From NCBI RefSeq assembly GCF_000143415.4, contig NW_003314304.1, positions 1,112,047-1,176,046 on the forward strand: a stretch of 64,000 nucleotides of DNA, in the 5' to 3' direction. This stretch comes from Selaginella moellendorffii. Taxonomy: Eukaryota; Plantae; Lycopodiophyta. The position numbers were made by a program, and so were the translations under genes. Positions 26,801 through 37,095 of the stretch are shown one piece after another; the stretch's first letter is position 1; each line of letters starts with the position of its first letter. Under the pieces are notes generated by a model, which ran no database searches, had not been told where the DNA came from, and saw only the letters and a program-made list of their open reading frames with translations.

Positions 26801-29073
26801 GTGAGTGGTTATGCACTGGGAGGAGTTCTCATGCAAGAGGGACAGCCTATTGCATATGAGAGTCGAACTTTGAATTCCGTGGAGCAACGCTATTCCACAT
26901 ATGAGCAAGAGTTACTCTGTATTGTTCATACTTTGCGGATGTGGCAGCATTATCTTTATGGTGCAGTGTTTGTGGTGTTGACAGATCACAAACCACTTAT
27001 GTATCTTTTCACACAGAAGGAGTTGAACACTAGGCAAGCTCGTTAGATGGTCAAACTCATGGAGTTTGGGGAGTTTCCTATTGAGTATCGTCCGGGAAAA
27101 TCAAATGTGGTGGCCGATGCTTTATCTTGTGTTTGTCATATGATGACGTTATGACAACGATTTTGTCATCATTTGAGTAAGGTGGTCAGCGAGTTTGGGC
27201 AGTTGGTTGAGCATGCTCAGGCTCAGGATGCTGAGGTGGCCTCTTTATGAACCTAGATGGAAGCCCCTTTCTCATTGGTGGATGGGATTCTCTACTACAA
27301 TGGCCGTGTATATTTGCCACGGGTGGATGCGTTAATTACTCAAGTTTTATTCCACTATCATGATCGTCCAGAGGCCGGTCATTTTGGGGGGAAGAAGACA
27401 TATGAGCTGATTAAGCACAACTTTTATTGGAGGAATATGAAGGCTAATATCCTCAAGTATTGTAAATCATGCGAGCTTTGTCAGCGGGTTAAGGTGCCAC
27501 GGGAGAAGCCGGGGGGACTTTTGCAACCTTTACCTATTCCTCAGAGCCGTTGGTGTAGTATCTCTATGGACTTCATCACTTGTTTGCCATGAACACAGAG
27601 GCAAAAGGAGCAAGTATGGGTCATAGTGGATCAATTGACGAAGTATGTGCGGTTGTTGGCTCTTCGGAAGACTGTCACTGCCTCAGACTTGGCTGCGGTT
27701 TACTTGGAGAAGGTTTTTCCTGATTTTGGTTTGCCAGAGGATATCATTAGTGATCGAGATTCAAAGTTCACCAGTGGATTTTGGAAAAACTTTGCAAAGG
27801 CTATGCAAGTGACTTTGAAACTCTCAAGTGGAGATCATCCTCAGATGGATGGGCAAACCGAGCGTGTGAATCACGTGGTGGAGGATATGCTACGTTGTAG
27901 CATTGGTCAAAGGCAAAGACAATGGGATTTATATCTTCCGTTGGTGCAATTTGCTTACAACAATAGCCAACACAGTGGAACCAAGCTAAGTCCTTACTTT
28001 GCCATGTTTGGAAGGCATCCTCGAACAGCGGTGGAGTTGGGATTGCATTTGAGTAAGGACGTTCGAGATAAGCTTGATTTCGAGGCAACTGATCTGGCCA
28101 CAGAACTTGATGAGATTCTGGTGGTGTGCAAACAGAATTTGCAAGCAACTCAGGATAAAGTGGAGAAGTTTGCCAATGAGCATCGCCAATTCCGGGAATA
28201 TAAAGTGGGTGATCTCGTCTTTGTGCGAGTGATCTTTCTGTCAAGTGAGCGGCGGAACACCTTGGTGCCTTTACGGACAGGGAAGAGTGATAAACTCTCC
28301 CATCGATATGCTGGTCTATATGAAGTGCTGGAGTGCATTGGTAAAGCGGCTTATTGGGTGCGGCTGCCAGCTAGGGTGAAAATTCATCCAGTATTTTATG
28401 TCAACCAGTTGAAAGGTGTACTATCTCGGAGTGATGGGCCCAATGCCTTCTTATGCTTTATTTCGTTAAAGTGGAACTTTTCATTATCCCACTTATGGTG
28501 TGTGGCCACATGCCATTTTTATAACAATAATAAAAAATTGAAGTTTTAGCTTTATAATTTATAAATTAAAAACTTTTCATATGATTTTGTGTTATAATAT
28601 TGTGAAATATAAAAAATAAATTAAAAAACTGATAGAAATATTAATAAATATTAATTAAGTACTATGAAATGGCATGTGGACACATGCTAATTAATGTCCC
28701 ACTTTACTGAATAAGTTCCACTTTAACGAAATAAAGCATCCTTGATGTATACAGCTGATGGACCAGGAGCTTGAGTAGGATTCCCTAGAAAGGGTGATCA
28801 CCAGTACAATTCGTCCTTGGGACAAGGACTTTGTTGGGGGGGAAGAATTGTTAGGCGCCAGCTTTGACTACATGGTCAACATCAGTCAAAGGGAGGCTCA
28901 AGGGTACATGTTAGGGTAAGGGAGTTAACCTACCCTAAAGCTCACAGTGGAGCGGCGGCACAGTGGAGTTTTTGAGGTAGCTCGGGGGTGGTTGGGTGGT
29001 GAAAAACCTCAAGAGGTGGTGTAGCATAGTTTAGGGCAACTAGATCTTTGTCTTTTTGCGCTGGTTCATAACA
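23883..29073 (+). mobile_element. Full-length Ty3/gypsy LTR retrotransposon (chromovirus-like), defective
   Basis: LTRs 23883-24115 and 28849-29073 (TG...CA); 5-bp TSD ACGGG; PBS tggtatcagag (tRNA-iMet) at 24117; PPT ggggggg-aagaa at 28836. Order gag, CCHC (CHHCGELGHYKADC), protease (LLDSG), RT (FLDD), RNaseH, integrase (HHCC, ISDRD, GQTER, IHPVFYV). One frameshift near 25000 and several stops. Confidence 0.97.
28453..28739. mobile_element. 287-bp MITE, copy 2, inserted at the gypsy integrase 3' end
   Basis: About 4 substitutions from copy 1. Perfect TIRs. Flanks tctt / cctt. Confidence 0.92.
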
Positions 29074-30130
29074 ACGGGGGGCAAGTGGCACGACGCCAAA
29101 GGGGGAGGACTGCCTCGGTTTACCGTCTCTGGCCATCCAGACTCTTTCTTGTGGGTTGGAATGGAGGAGCTTTCTTACTTGATGTCATCACTCGCCCAAG
29201 CTTGCAAAGACCGATGTGTTGTAGATGTGAGAGAACACCTCATGATCCTCACATTCAACATACAAACTCGGATCCTCACGAGCAAGAGGTTTTTTGGTGA
29301 GAACTTGAGTGACAACGAGCTAGCAGAGGCCAGAGTATTCAAGGAACTGATCGATGAGTCAGTCAAGTTTGCTTTCCAGTTCCATATAAGTGAGTTTGTC
29401 CATATAAGTGAGTTTGTACCATCTTGGCTCAAATGGATTGACTGGAAACATACCACAGGCCAAAAGGGTTGCTGCCAAGCAGGACGAATTCCTCCAGAAG
29501 ATCACCGACGAACACAAAGCCAACAAATCCCATCCCGACAACGGATTTCATGGATACTTTGCTTGAGCATAGACGAGATGACCGATAAGTTGTCAAAACC
29601 ACCTTAGCGGTAAGTGGAGAATGATTCTAACATGATAATCTATACTCTGGAATGCTTTGGCATAGGAACTCCTGGCAGCAGGAACAGACACAAGCACATG
29701 CAGAGTGGAGTGGGCTTTGCTAGAACTTCTCAACAATCCAGATGTCATGAGGAAAGGACAAGAGGAACTTGATGTTGTCATAGGCGGAGATGGCATGGTT
29801 TTAAAGCTGACATATCTTGAGACCATCGTCAAGGAAACTTTCAGGATCAAAGGTGCCACCACCATTGTCATCTTTTACTCCGTTGGCAGAGATCCAAAGT
29901 TTGGGACAAAGTTTTGGTCCGAGAGGTTTCTGGGGTTGGCAATCGACGTGAAAGGCCAGGACTTTGAGCTGATTCCGTTTGGAGCTGGGAGACGAATATG
30001 CCCAGGCATGTCACTCGGCCTCAAAACTATTTATCTCACTCTTGGAAACTTGCTCCACGACTTTAATCCTGATGTCTTGTTCCACTAGAGGATCAAATGG
30101 AAGAATCTCATTTGGTATCCCCGTTGAAAA

Positions 30131-30660
30131 ATGGAGTTCCTTCTCTAGTTTCTGTCTTTTTGCTCCTTGTTAGAACTCTTACGTTGCAAAGCAAGACACT
30201 ACTGCATTGGTTTAGATCCATGGTTTAGATCTAATGCTTTACCAATCTCTTCAGAAGCTGTCCAACAAGTTTGGGATGTTATGTTCTTGAGACTTGGCAT
30301 GGTTCCAGCCGTTATTACCAGTCCAGCGACTGGTTTTTGGTTCCAGGCCATTTATACTGGTTGGGCAGTATGCGTGCTACAACTTCAAGGGGCTGGGATC
30401 AGCTATTCGAGAACGGCCAAAGAGGGGAGAGATGAAGAAATTGGCATGAAGCCACGTAAAGAAATTTCAATCCTTGGCATATAGTCGTTCCATGGCAAAA
30501 GAAGTACTCAAGACTCATGATTTGCTCTTTAGTTCCAGGCCATTTATATTGGTTAGGCAGTATGCGTGCTACTACTTCAAGACTCATGATTTGCTCTTTA
30601 GTTCCAGGCCATTTATATTGGTTAGGCAGTATGTGTGCTACTACTTCAAGGGGCTGGGAT
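30131..30660 (+). pseudogene. Scrambled 5' fragments of C-type P450 with a 69-bp tandem duplication
   Basis: Matches 37096-37415 (gatgttatgttcttgagacttggcatggttccagccgttatt; atggcaaaagaagtactcaagactcatga). KTHDLLFSSRPFILVRQYxCYYF occurs twice. Confidence 0.85.
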
Positions 30661-30795
30661 CAACTATTCAAGAACGAAGAAATTGGCCAAAGAGGGGAGA
30701 GATGACATGAAGCCACGTAAAGAAAGTTTAAATCCTTTCAGCGCGCGAGGAATTTTAGGTTTTCTGTTGCTAGGGTTCTTCCATCGGGATGGAGC

Positions 30796-33471
30796 ATGCG
30801 GTGTTTGAGGCGTGGCATCGGCGCGAGGGCACTGCATTCTGAGGTAAGGATCAGCGTCCACTACTTCGTGTCGATATTACGCTCTTGCCGCAGCTCCAGT
30901 GACCTCGATCGCGGCAAGAATCTTCACAATGATGCCGTCGCGGCGGGCTATGGCTCCAATCTCGTTGTTGCCAGCAGCCTGGTCAGCATGTACTCGCGAT
31001 GCGGCAGCGTCGCGGATGCACACAGGGTCTTTGACGCCATGCCTTGCCGCAATGTGGTGGCCTGGACGGCGCTCATGGCCGGGTATCTGGAATCCAGCAG
31101 CAGCAAGGATTTTGATTCGAGCGGCAGTGTCAGTGACAGAGATTTGGGGTCGCGATTGGTCAAGGCAGCTCAGATCTTCGAAAGATTTCCACAGTATGAC
31201 GTCGTGACTTGGAACTCGCTGCTGCTGGGATACGTTGAAAATGGAAGAGGGGATTTGGCGCTGGATTTGTTCCAGAGCATGGAAGTCCGCGGCTTGCGTC
31301 CCAATGCGGGGACTTTCATGGGAGCAATCAAGGCGTGCTCTGCCATCGCGGACTGTGAAGAGAGCACGATTGTCATCGGCAGTGGAAAAGTCAAGCTCGG
31401 TGCTTTGGAGAAAGGGATGATGGTTCACTCTCGAGCGACGAGGATCCAGGGTGACTCTCTGGATGTGTTCGTGGAGAACACCCTGGTGGATATGTATGCC
31501 AAGTGTGGAAGCTTGGTGGATTCTCGGGGGGCTTTCGACAGGATGGAGTTTCACACGGTCGTGTCGTGGAATGCTTTGCTGCTGGGATATGCCGAGAATG
31601 GAGAGGGGGAGATTGCTCTCGAGCTGTTTGAGCGTGTGAGCTGCGAGAAGAATGCTCTCACTTTCGTTGCTGCGGTCAAGGCCTGCTCCGGCCTTGCGGC
31701 GAGAGAAGACCAAAGGCAGGTTGACGGGAGGCTCGTCAAGGTGGTGGCTCTTGAGCGAGGCACGAGAGTACACGCTCAAGCATCCAGTATCGATGATCCG
31801 GAGGCTGTGCTCGCCAACACGCTGGTGGATTTCTACTCCAAGTGTGGGAGCATGACGGATGCTCGAAGAGTCTTCGACAGCATGGAGTGTCAAAAGGCCG
31901 TGGCGTGGAACGCTCTCATGTTTGGCTACTGCGAGTATGGAGACGCAGGGACCGTGTTGGAGCTTTTCAACCGCATGAAAACTTCCAGGGACTGTGCTCC
32001 GACCTCTCGATCGTACGTTGCCGCCTTGAAGGCTTGCACCAGCGTCGCAGGAAAAGAAGTCGCCAGAAAAATCGACGGGAGGGCCGTGAAGCTGGCAAGT
32101 TTGGAGAAAGGCATGGCTTTGCATGCTGGAGCTGTGGAGAAAGGCCATACGGCGGACTGCTTCGTGACAATCACGCTGATAGACATGTACGCGAACTGTG
32201 GGAGCCTGGTGGACGCCCGCAGCGTGTTTGACAGGATGCCTTCTCGGAGTGTCGTGGCATGGACTGCTTTGCTCATGGGATACGCAGAGAGTGGGGAGGA
32301 GGGACTGGCTTTGGATCTTTTGACAACGATGAAGGACGAAGGCTTCGAGCCGGACACACTAACTTTTGTCGCAGCGGCGAAAGCTTGCATCGGCGTGGCT
32401 GCCAAGGAAGAAGGAAGACAGGTTGACGGGAAGCTCGTGAAAGTTTTCGCTCTGGACAAAGGCAGGACTCTTCACTCACAGGCAGCGAAGTTGGGGTGCG
32501 ACACGGACGTGTTTTTGGCCAGCACCTTTGTCGACGTTTTCGCGAGATGTGGGAGCATGGTGGACGCTCGCCGAGTCTTCGACGCCATGCCTTTCCACAG
32601 TATGGTGTCGTGGAACTCGATGCTCCTGGGGTACATCGAGGCAAGGGAAGAGGCCAAAGCCGTGGAGGCGTTTGGCAGCATGAGACAGGAGGAGAGCTTC
32701 TCGCTGAGCTCGCAGAACCTGGTCGCCGTGCTCAAGGCGTGTGGAAGCTCGGTGGCCTTTCGATTCGGCAAGGCCGTCCACAGCGATGCTTGCCGGTGGG
32801 GGCACGAGACGGAGGCTCTCCTGGCTACGTGCTTTGTGGACGTCTACGGCAAGTGCGGCAGCATGGTGGACGCTCACACCACTTTCGACTCGCTGGGCAG
32901 CGTCGATCTGGTGGCCTGGACGGCACTGATAGCAGGATATAGCAGGCTGGGTGACACGAGCAGCGTGTTTCGGCTCTTCCACAGCATGCAAGACGAGGGG
33001 CTTGGAGCAAACCGGGTGACTTTCATCTGCGTTCTCATCGCGTGTAGTCACGCCGGGCTTGTAGACGAGGGGAGGAGGTACTTCCAGGCGATGAGCTCCA
33101 AGTATGGTGTCACTCCCGGCGTGGAGCACTACCACTGCATGGTGGACATGCTGGGGCGAGCGAATGCTCTGGACGAGGCAGTGGAGCTGCTGGAAGCGAT
33201 GCCGTTTGAGGCGAGTGCGGTGGCGTGGAAGACGGTGCTCGGGGCGTGCCAGAAGTGGAAGAACTTGAGAGTTGCGAAGATGGCTTTCGAGGCCTTGATG
33301 AGCAGAGGTGGCGGGAGCGATGGCGCGGTGTTTCGATTGATGGGGAACGTCTATGCGGCAGCAGGGATGTGGGAGGAGAAAGCAAAGCTGGAAGAAAGAT
33401 TGTCGAGCTCTGATCCCTCGAGTGATCTTCGCGTGGTTTTGTCAGGCAGTGATCTTACATCGTTGACTTGA
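30796..33471 (+). CDS. PLS-class PPR protein with E domains, no DYW (putative organellar RNA-editing factor), intronless, 891 aa
   Basis: Repeated LVDMYAKCGS..A..VFD.M...VVSW.ALL.GY motifs; ACSHAGLVDEG, EHYHCMVDMLGRA, W.TVLGAC. Basic transit-peptide-like N-terminus. Confidence 0.95.
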   Translation: MRCLRRGIGARALHSEVRISVHYFVSILRSCRSSSDLDRGKNLHNDAVAAGYGSNLVVASSLVSMYSRCGSVADAHRVFDAMPCRNVVAWTALMAGYLESSSSKDFDSSGSVSDRDLGSRLVKAAQIFERFPQYDVVTWNSLLLGYVENGRGDLALDLFQSMEVRGLRPNAGTFMGAIKACSAIADCEESTIVIGSGKVKLGALEKGMMVHSRATRIQGDSLDVFVENTLVDMYAKCGSLVDSRGAFDRMEFHTVVSWNALLLGYAENGEGEIALELFERVSCEKNALTFVAAVKACSGLAAREDQRQVDGRLVKVVALERGTRVHAQASSIDDPEAVLANTLVDFYSKCGSMTDARRVFDSMECQKAVAWNALMFGYCEYGDAGTVLELFNRMKTSRDCAPTSRSYVAALKACTSVAGKEVARKIDGRAVKLASLEKGMALHAGAVEKGHTADCFVTITLIDMYANCGSLVDARSVFDRMPSRSVVAWTALLMGYAESGEEGLALDLLTTMKDEGFEPDTLTFVAAAKACIGVAAKEEGRQVDGKLVKVFALDKGRTLHSQAAKLGCDTDVFLASTFVDVFARCGSMVDARRVFDAMPFHSMVSWNSMLLGYIEAREEAKAVEAFGSMRQEESFSLSSQNLVAVLKACGSSVAFRFGKAVHSDACRWGHETEALLATCFVDVYGKCGSMVDAHTTFDSLGSVDLVAWTALIAGYSRLGDTSSVFRLFHSMQDEGLGANRVTFICVLIACSHAGLVDEGRRYFQAMSSKYGVTPGVEHYHCMVDMLGRANALDEAVELLEAMPFEASAVAWKTVLGACQKWKNLRVAKMAFEALMSRGGGSDGAVFRLMGNVYAAAGMWEEKAKLEERLSSSDPSSDLRVVLSGSDLTSLT

Positions 33472-33550
33472 GAGCTTAAAGAACTATAGCTTCATGTCCT
33501 TTATAACTTGTATACAATGTGATGGTCTCAAGCGAGAGAACAAAGGATTC

Positions 33551-35076
33551 ATGGAGTTTCCAGTCTACTTTCTTGTAGCTTTGGTGGTGTGTTTTTTGGG
33601 AAGATCTTTGCTGCAGAGTAGAAAGAGGTTGCCTCCATCTCCATGGGGGCTGCCTTTGATTGGTCACGTCCATCATCTGTCTGCGCTGCCTCACCAATCC
33701 CTCCAAAACTTATCTAGAAAGCTTGGAGGGATTATGTATCTAAGACTTGGGATGACTCCAGTCATTGTGATTTCCAGTCCAGATCTAGCAAAAGAGGCAT
33801 TGAGAAGCAATGATTCTAGCTTTGGCTTCAGACCATACCTGTTGGTTGGGGAATATCTCACTTACAACTTTAAGGGGATTGGTTTGTCTAACGGTGATCA
33901 CTGGAAGAACATGAGGAAGATCTGTATCACCGAGCTCTTCTCAGTCAAGCGCCTGGAATCCTTCCGAGGGCTGAGGCTTGCTGAGGTCTCTCACTTGGTC
34001 TCACGGCTTGCTCAAGCATCCAAGAGCCAGAGCGTCGTCAATGTGAGAGAACTTCTCACTGATTTCAATGTCAACATAGTGAGCCAGATGCTCATGAGCA
34101 AGAGATTCTTTGAGAACAAGAACTTGGGCGGGGAGGAAGTAGAAGAGGTAAGACAGCTCAGAGAATTCCTGGAGGAGCTGACGCGCTTCGCTTTGAAGTT
34201 CCACATAAGTGAGTTCGTCCCGGCTTGGCTGAGATGGATTGATTGGAACATCCCACATGCGAGAAAACTTGTGGCCAAGCAAGAGAAGTTCTTCGAAAAA
34301 ATAATCCAAGAGCACAAATCTAGCCAGAAATCCCGTCCTGTGATGGATTTCATGGATATCTTGCTACAACACCAAGAAGACGAGGAGGCCGCCAAAGCCA
34401 CGTTTATGGTAAGTGAATGATCTCCTGGATTTCACAAAGTTTGTAGTAACAGTGACTGTCTTCCTCATTTTCACAGGAACTCCTTGCAGCAGGAACAGAC
34501 ACCAGTGCTTGTACGACAGAGTGGGCGCTGCTGGAACTTCTCAACAATCCAGAGATAATGAGGAAAGCACAGGAGGAACTCGATACTGTTGTGGGCCGAG
34601 ATCGCATGGTTACAGAGTCTGATCTCCACAAGCTTCTATACCTTGAAGACATTGTCAAGGAAACTTTCAGGTTTCACCCTCCAGGCCCGTTGCTGCCCAG
34701 GATGTCAACTCAGGCTTGTGTTCTGGGCGAGTCTTTCGACATTCCCAAAGGTGCCACCACCATTATCAACTTTTATGCCATTGGTAGAGACCCAAGAGTT
34801 TGGGATAAGCCTGAAAAGTTCTGGCCAGAGAGGTTTCAAGGATCAACAATCGATGTTAAGGGCCAGGACTTTGAGCTGATTCCATTCGGATCTGGGAGAA
34901 GAAGTTGTCCAGGGATGTTGCTGGGACTCAAGAGTGTGTACCTCACGCTCGCCAACTTGATTCATGGTTTCAACTGGGAGCCTGTCGCCCGTGGAGGAAG
35001 CTACAATATGGATGAAGCTTTTATGTCTGTCATATGGCCAAAGCTAGCATTGCAAGCCAAAGTTACTTCTATGTAA
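33551..35076 (+). CDS. Cytochrome P450, CYP71 clan (A-type, intact); exons 33551-34408 and 34477-35076
   Basis: Membrane anchor, PPSPWGLPLIGH, WKNMRK, AAGTDTS, KETFR, PERF, FGSGRRSCPG. Single phase-0 intron. Confidence 0.96.
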
Positions 35077-35267
35077 CCATTGGTATTCTGTTTTATTAGA
35101 AGCATCTTAATTTGCTCTTAAATTATAATATTACCTTATTCACAAGGCTGACCTTCAAACAATACAGCAGATACTCGTTTGTCATCTTGTTCAAAAGCAT
35201 CACTAGACGAACCATGCAATGAAACAATTATTTATAGACCATGATTCATAGACTCCAGATAAACCAG

Positions 35268-36801
35268 ATGGAGTTCCTTCTCTTCTTCTTTGGCTTTCTA
35301 CTATTGCTCCATCTCTTCAAGAATGTGTTGCTGTCAAGCAAGAGGCTGCCCCCATCTCCATGGGGCTTGCCACTCATTGGTCACCTCCATCTCATTGGAA
35401 GAATGCCTCACCATTCATTGCAAAAGCTGTCCAGGAAGTTTGGAGAGATCATGTATCTCAAACTGGGGATGATCCCAGCAATTGTGATTTCCAGTCCAGA
35501 TCTAGCAAAACAAATGTTCAAGACTGGAGACACAACTTTTAGTTTCAGGCCATACTTGTTGGTTGGAGAGCACAGTGGGTACAATTTCAAGGGAATAGCT
35601 TTGGCTAATGGTGATCACTGGAAGAGCATGAGAAAGATCTGCACCACCGAGCTCTTCACAGTCAAACGCATTGACTCTTTCTTGTGGGTTAGAATGAAGG
35701 AGCTTTCTTACTTGGTATCATCACTCGCTCAAGCTTGCAATGACCAAAGTATTGTAGATGTGAGAGAGCACCTCACGGTCCTCACATTCAACGTACAAAC
35801 TCGGATCCTCATGAGCAAGAGGTTTTTCGGTGAGAACTTGAGTGACGACGAGCTAGCAGAAGCCAGAGTATTCAAGGAACTGATTGATGAGTCAGTCCAG
35901 TTTGCTTTCCAGTTCCATATAAGTGAGTTTGTGCCCTCTTGGCTCAAATGGATTGACTGGAACATACCACAGGCCAAAAGAGTTGCTGCCAAGCAGGACG
36001 AATTCCTCCAGAAGATCATGGACGAACACAAAGCCAAAAAATCCAGTCCCACAAAGGATTTCATGGATATTTTGCTTGAGCACAGAGGAGATGACCAAGA
36101 AGTTGTCAAAGCCACCTTGATGGTAAGCCGAGAGAATGATTCTAACATGATAATTCATACTCTGGAATGCTTTGTCACAGGAAATCTTGGCAGCAGGAAC
36201 AGACACAAGTGCATGCACAGTAGAGTGGGCTTTGCTGGAACTTCTCAACAATCCAGAGATCATGAAGAAAGCACAAGAAGAACTTGATGTTGTCGTGGGC
36301 GGAGGTCGCACTGTTTTAGAGTCTGATTTCCCAAAGCTGACATATCTTGAGGCCATGATCAAGGAAACTTTCAGGATTCACCCTCCAACGCCATTGCTGG
36401 TGCCAAGGATGTCAACGCAAGCTTGTGCCTTGGGTCAATCATTCCACATTCCTAAAGGTGCCACCACCATTGTCAACTATTACTCGATTGGCCGAGATCC
36501 AGAGGTTTGGGAGAATCCAGCTAAGTTTTGGCCCGAAAGATTTCTGGGGTTGGCAATTGATGTGAAAGGCCACAACTTTGAGCTGATTCCATTTGGAGCT
36601 GGGAGAAGAATATGCCCAGGCATGTCACTCGGCCTCAAAACTGTTTATCTCACTCTTGGAAACTTGCTCCACGGTTTTGACTGGCATCGTCTTCCTGGGA
36701 AAAACTATGGTGTTGATGAGACTTTTGGAGCAGTAACCTGGCCAAAGTCATCATTGCAAGTTCGTGTAACTCGACGGCTAGCAAATACAAATACTCAGTA
36801 A
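35268..36801 (+). CDS. Cytochrome P450, CYP71 clan (B-type, intact); exons 35268-36122 and 36181-36801
   Basis: Same motif set, FGAGRRICPG. Alternative in-frame ATG at 35241. Confidence 0.96.
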
Positions 36802-37095
36802 CGCAAAATAAATATGATATATTTCTCGAACTAAGAGAGCTCCACATGGTCTGACTGTGGAACTTATAAAAAGTCTTACATCTTCAAATTAGAGAATTGT
36901 TCCACTAGAGGATCAAATGGGAGAATCTCATTAGTGTCCCTACAGATGTTGACAAACTTACAGAAAAATGGAATTCTTAAAAATCTGACGTCAAATAGTA
37001 GTGATTTTAGTCCTTGTTTTGTTCCAAAAGAGGATCAAATGAAGGCATCTGTCCCTATATATGTACTTAACAAATTGCCACTTCAAGGTAGAGTA

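Larger units (their letters stand above)
20656..29139. other. ~525-bp GC-rich (~70%) foreign fragment in three pieces (20656-20740, 23498-23882, 29074-29139) hosting the hAT and gypsy insertions
   Basis: Remains after removing the hAT and LTR elements. Flanked by gac on both sides. No TIR or poly-A. GC counted by hand over 23521-23880. Confidence 0.7.
20250..30060 (+). pseudogene. Cytochrome P450 (B-type) split by an 8.5-kb nested insertion; halves 20250-20655 and 29140-30060
   Basis: Sequence breaks at ...cgcattgac (20655) and resumes gactctttcttgtggg (29140), collinear with 35660-35690. Also frameshifts, a stop at 20513, an 18-bp duplication near 29383 and deletions in exon 2. Confidence 0.92.
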
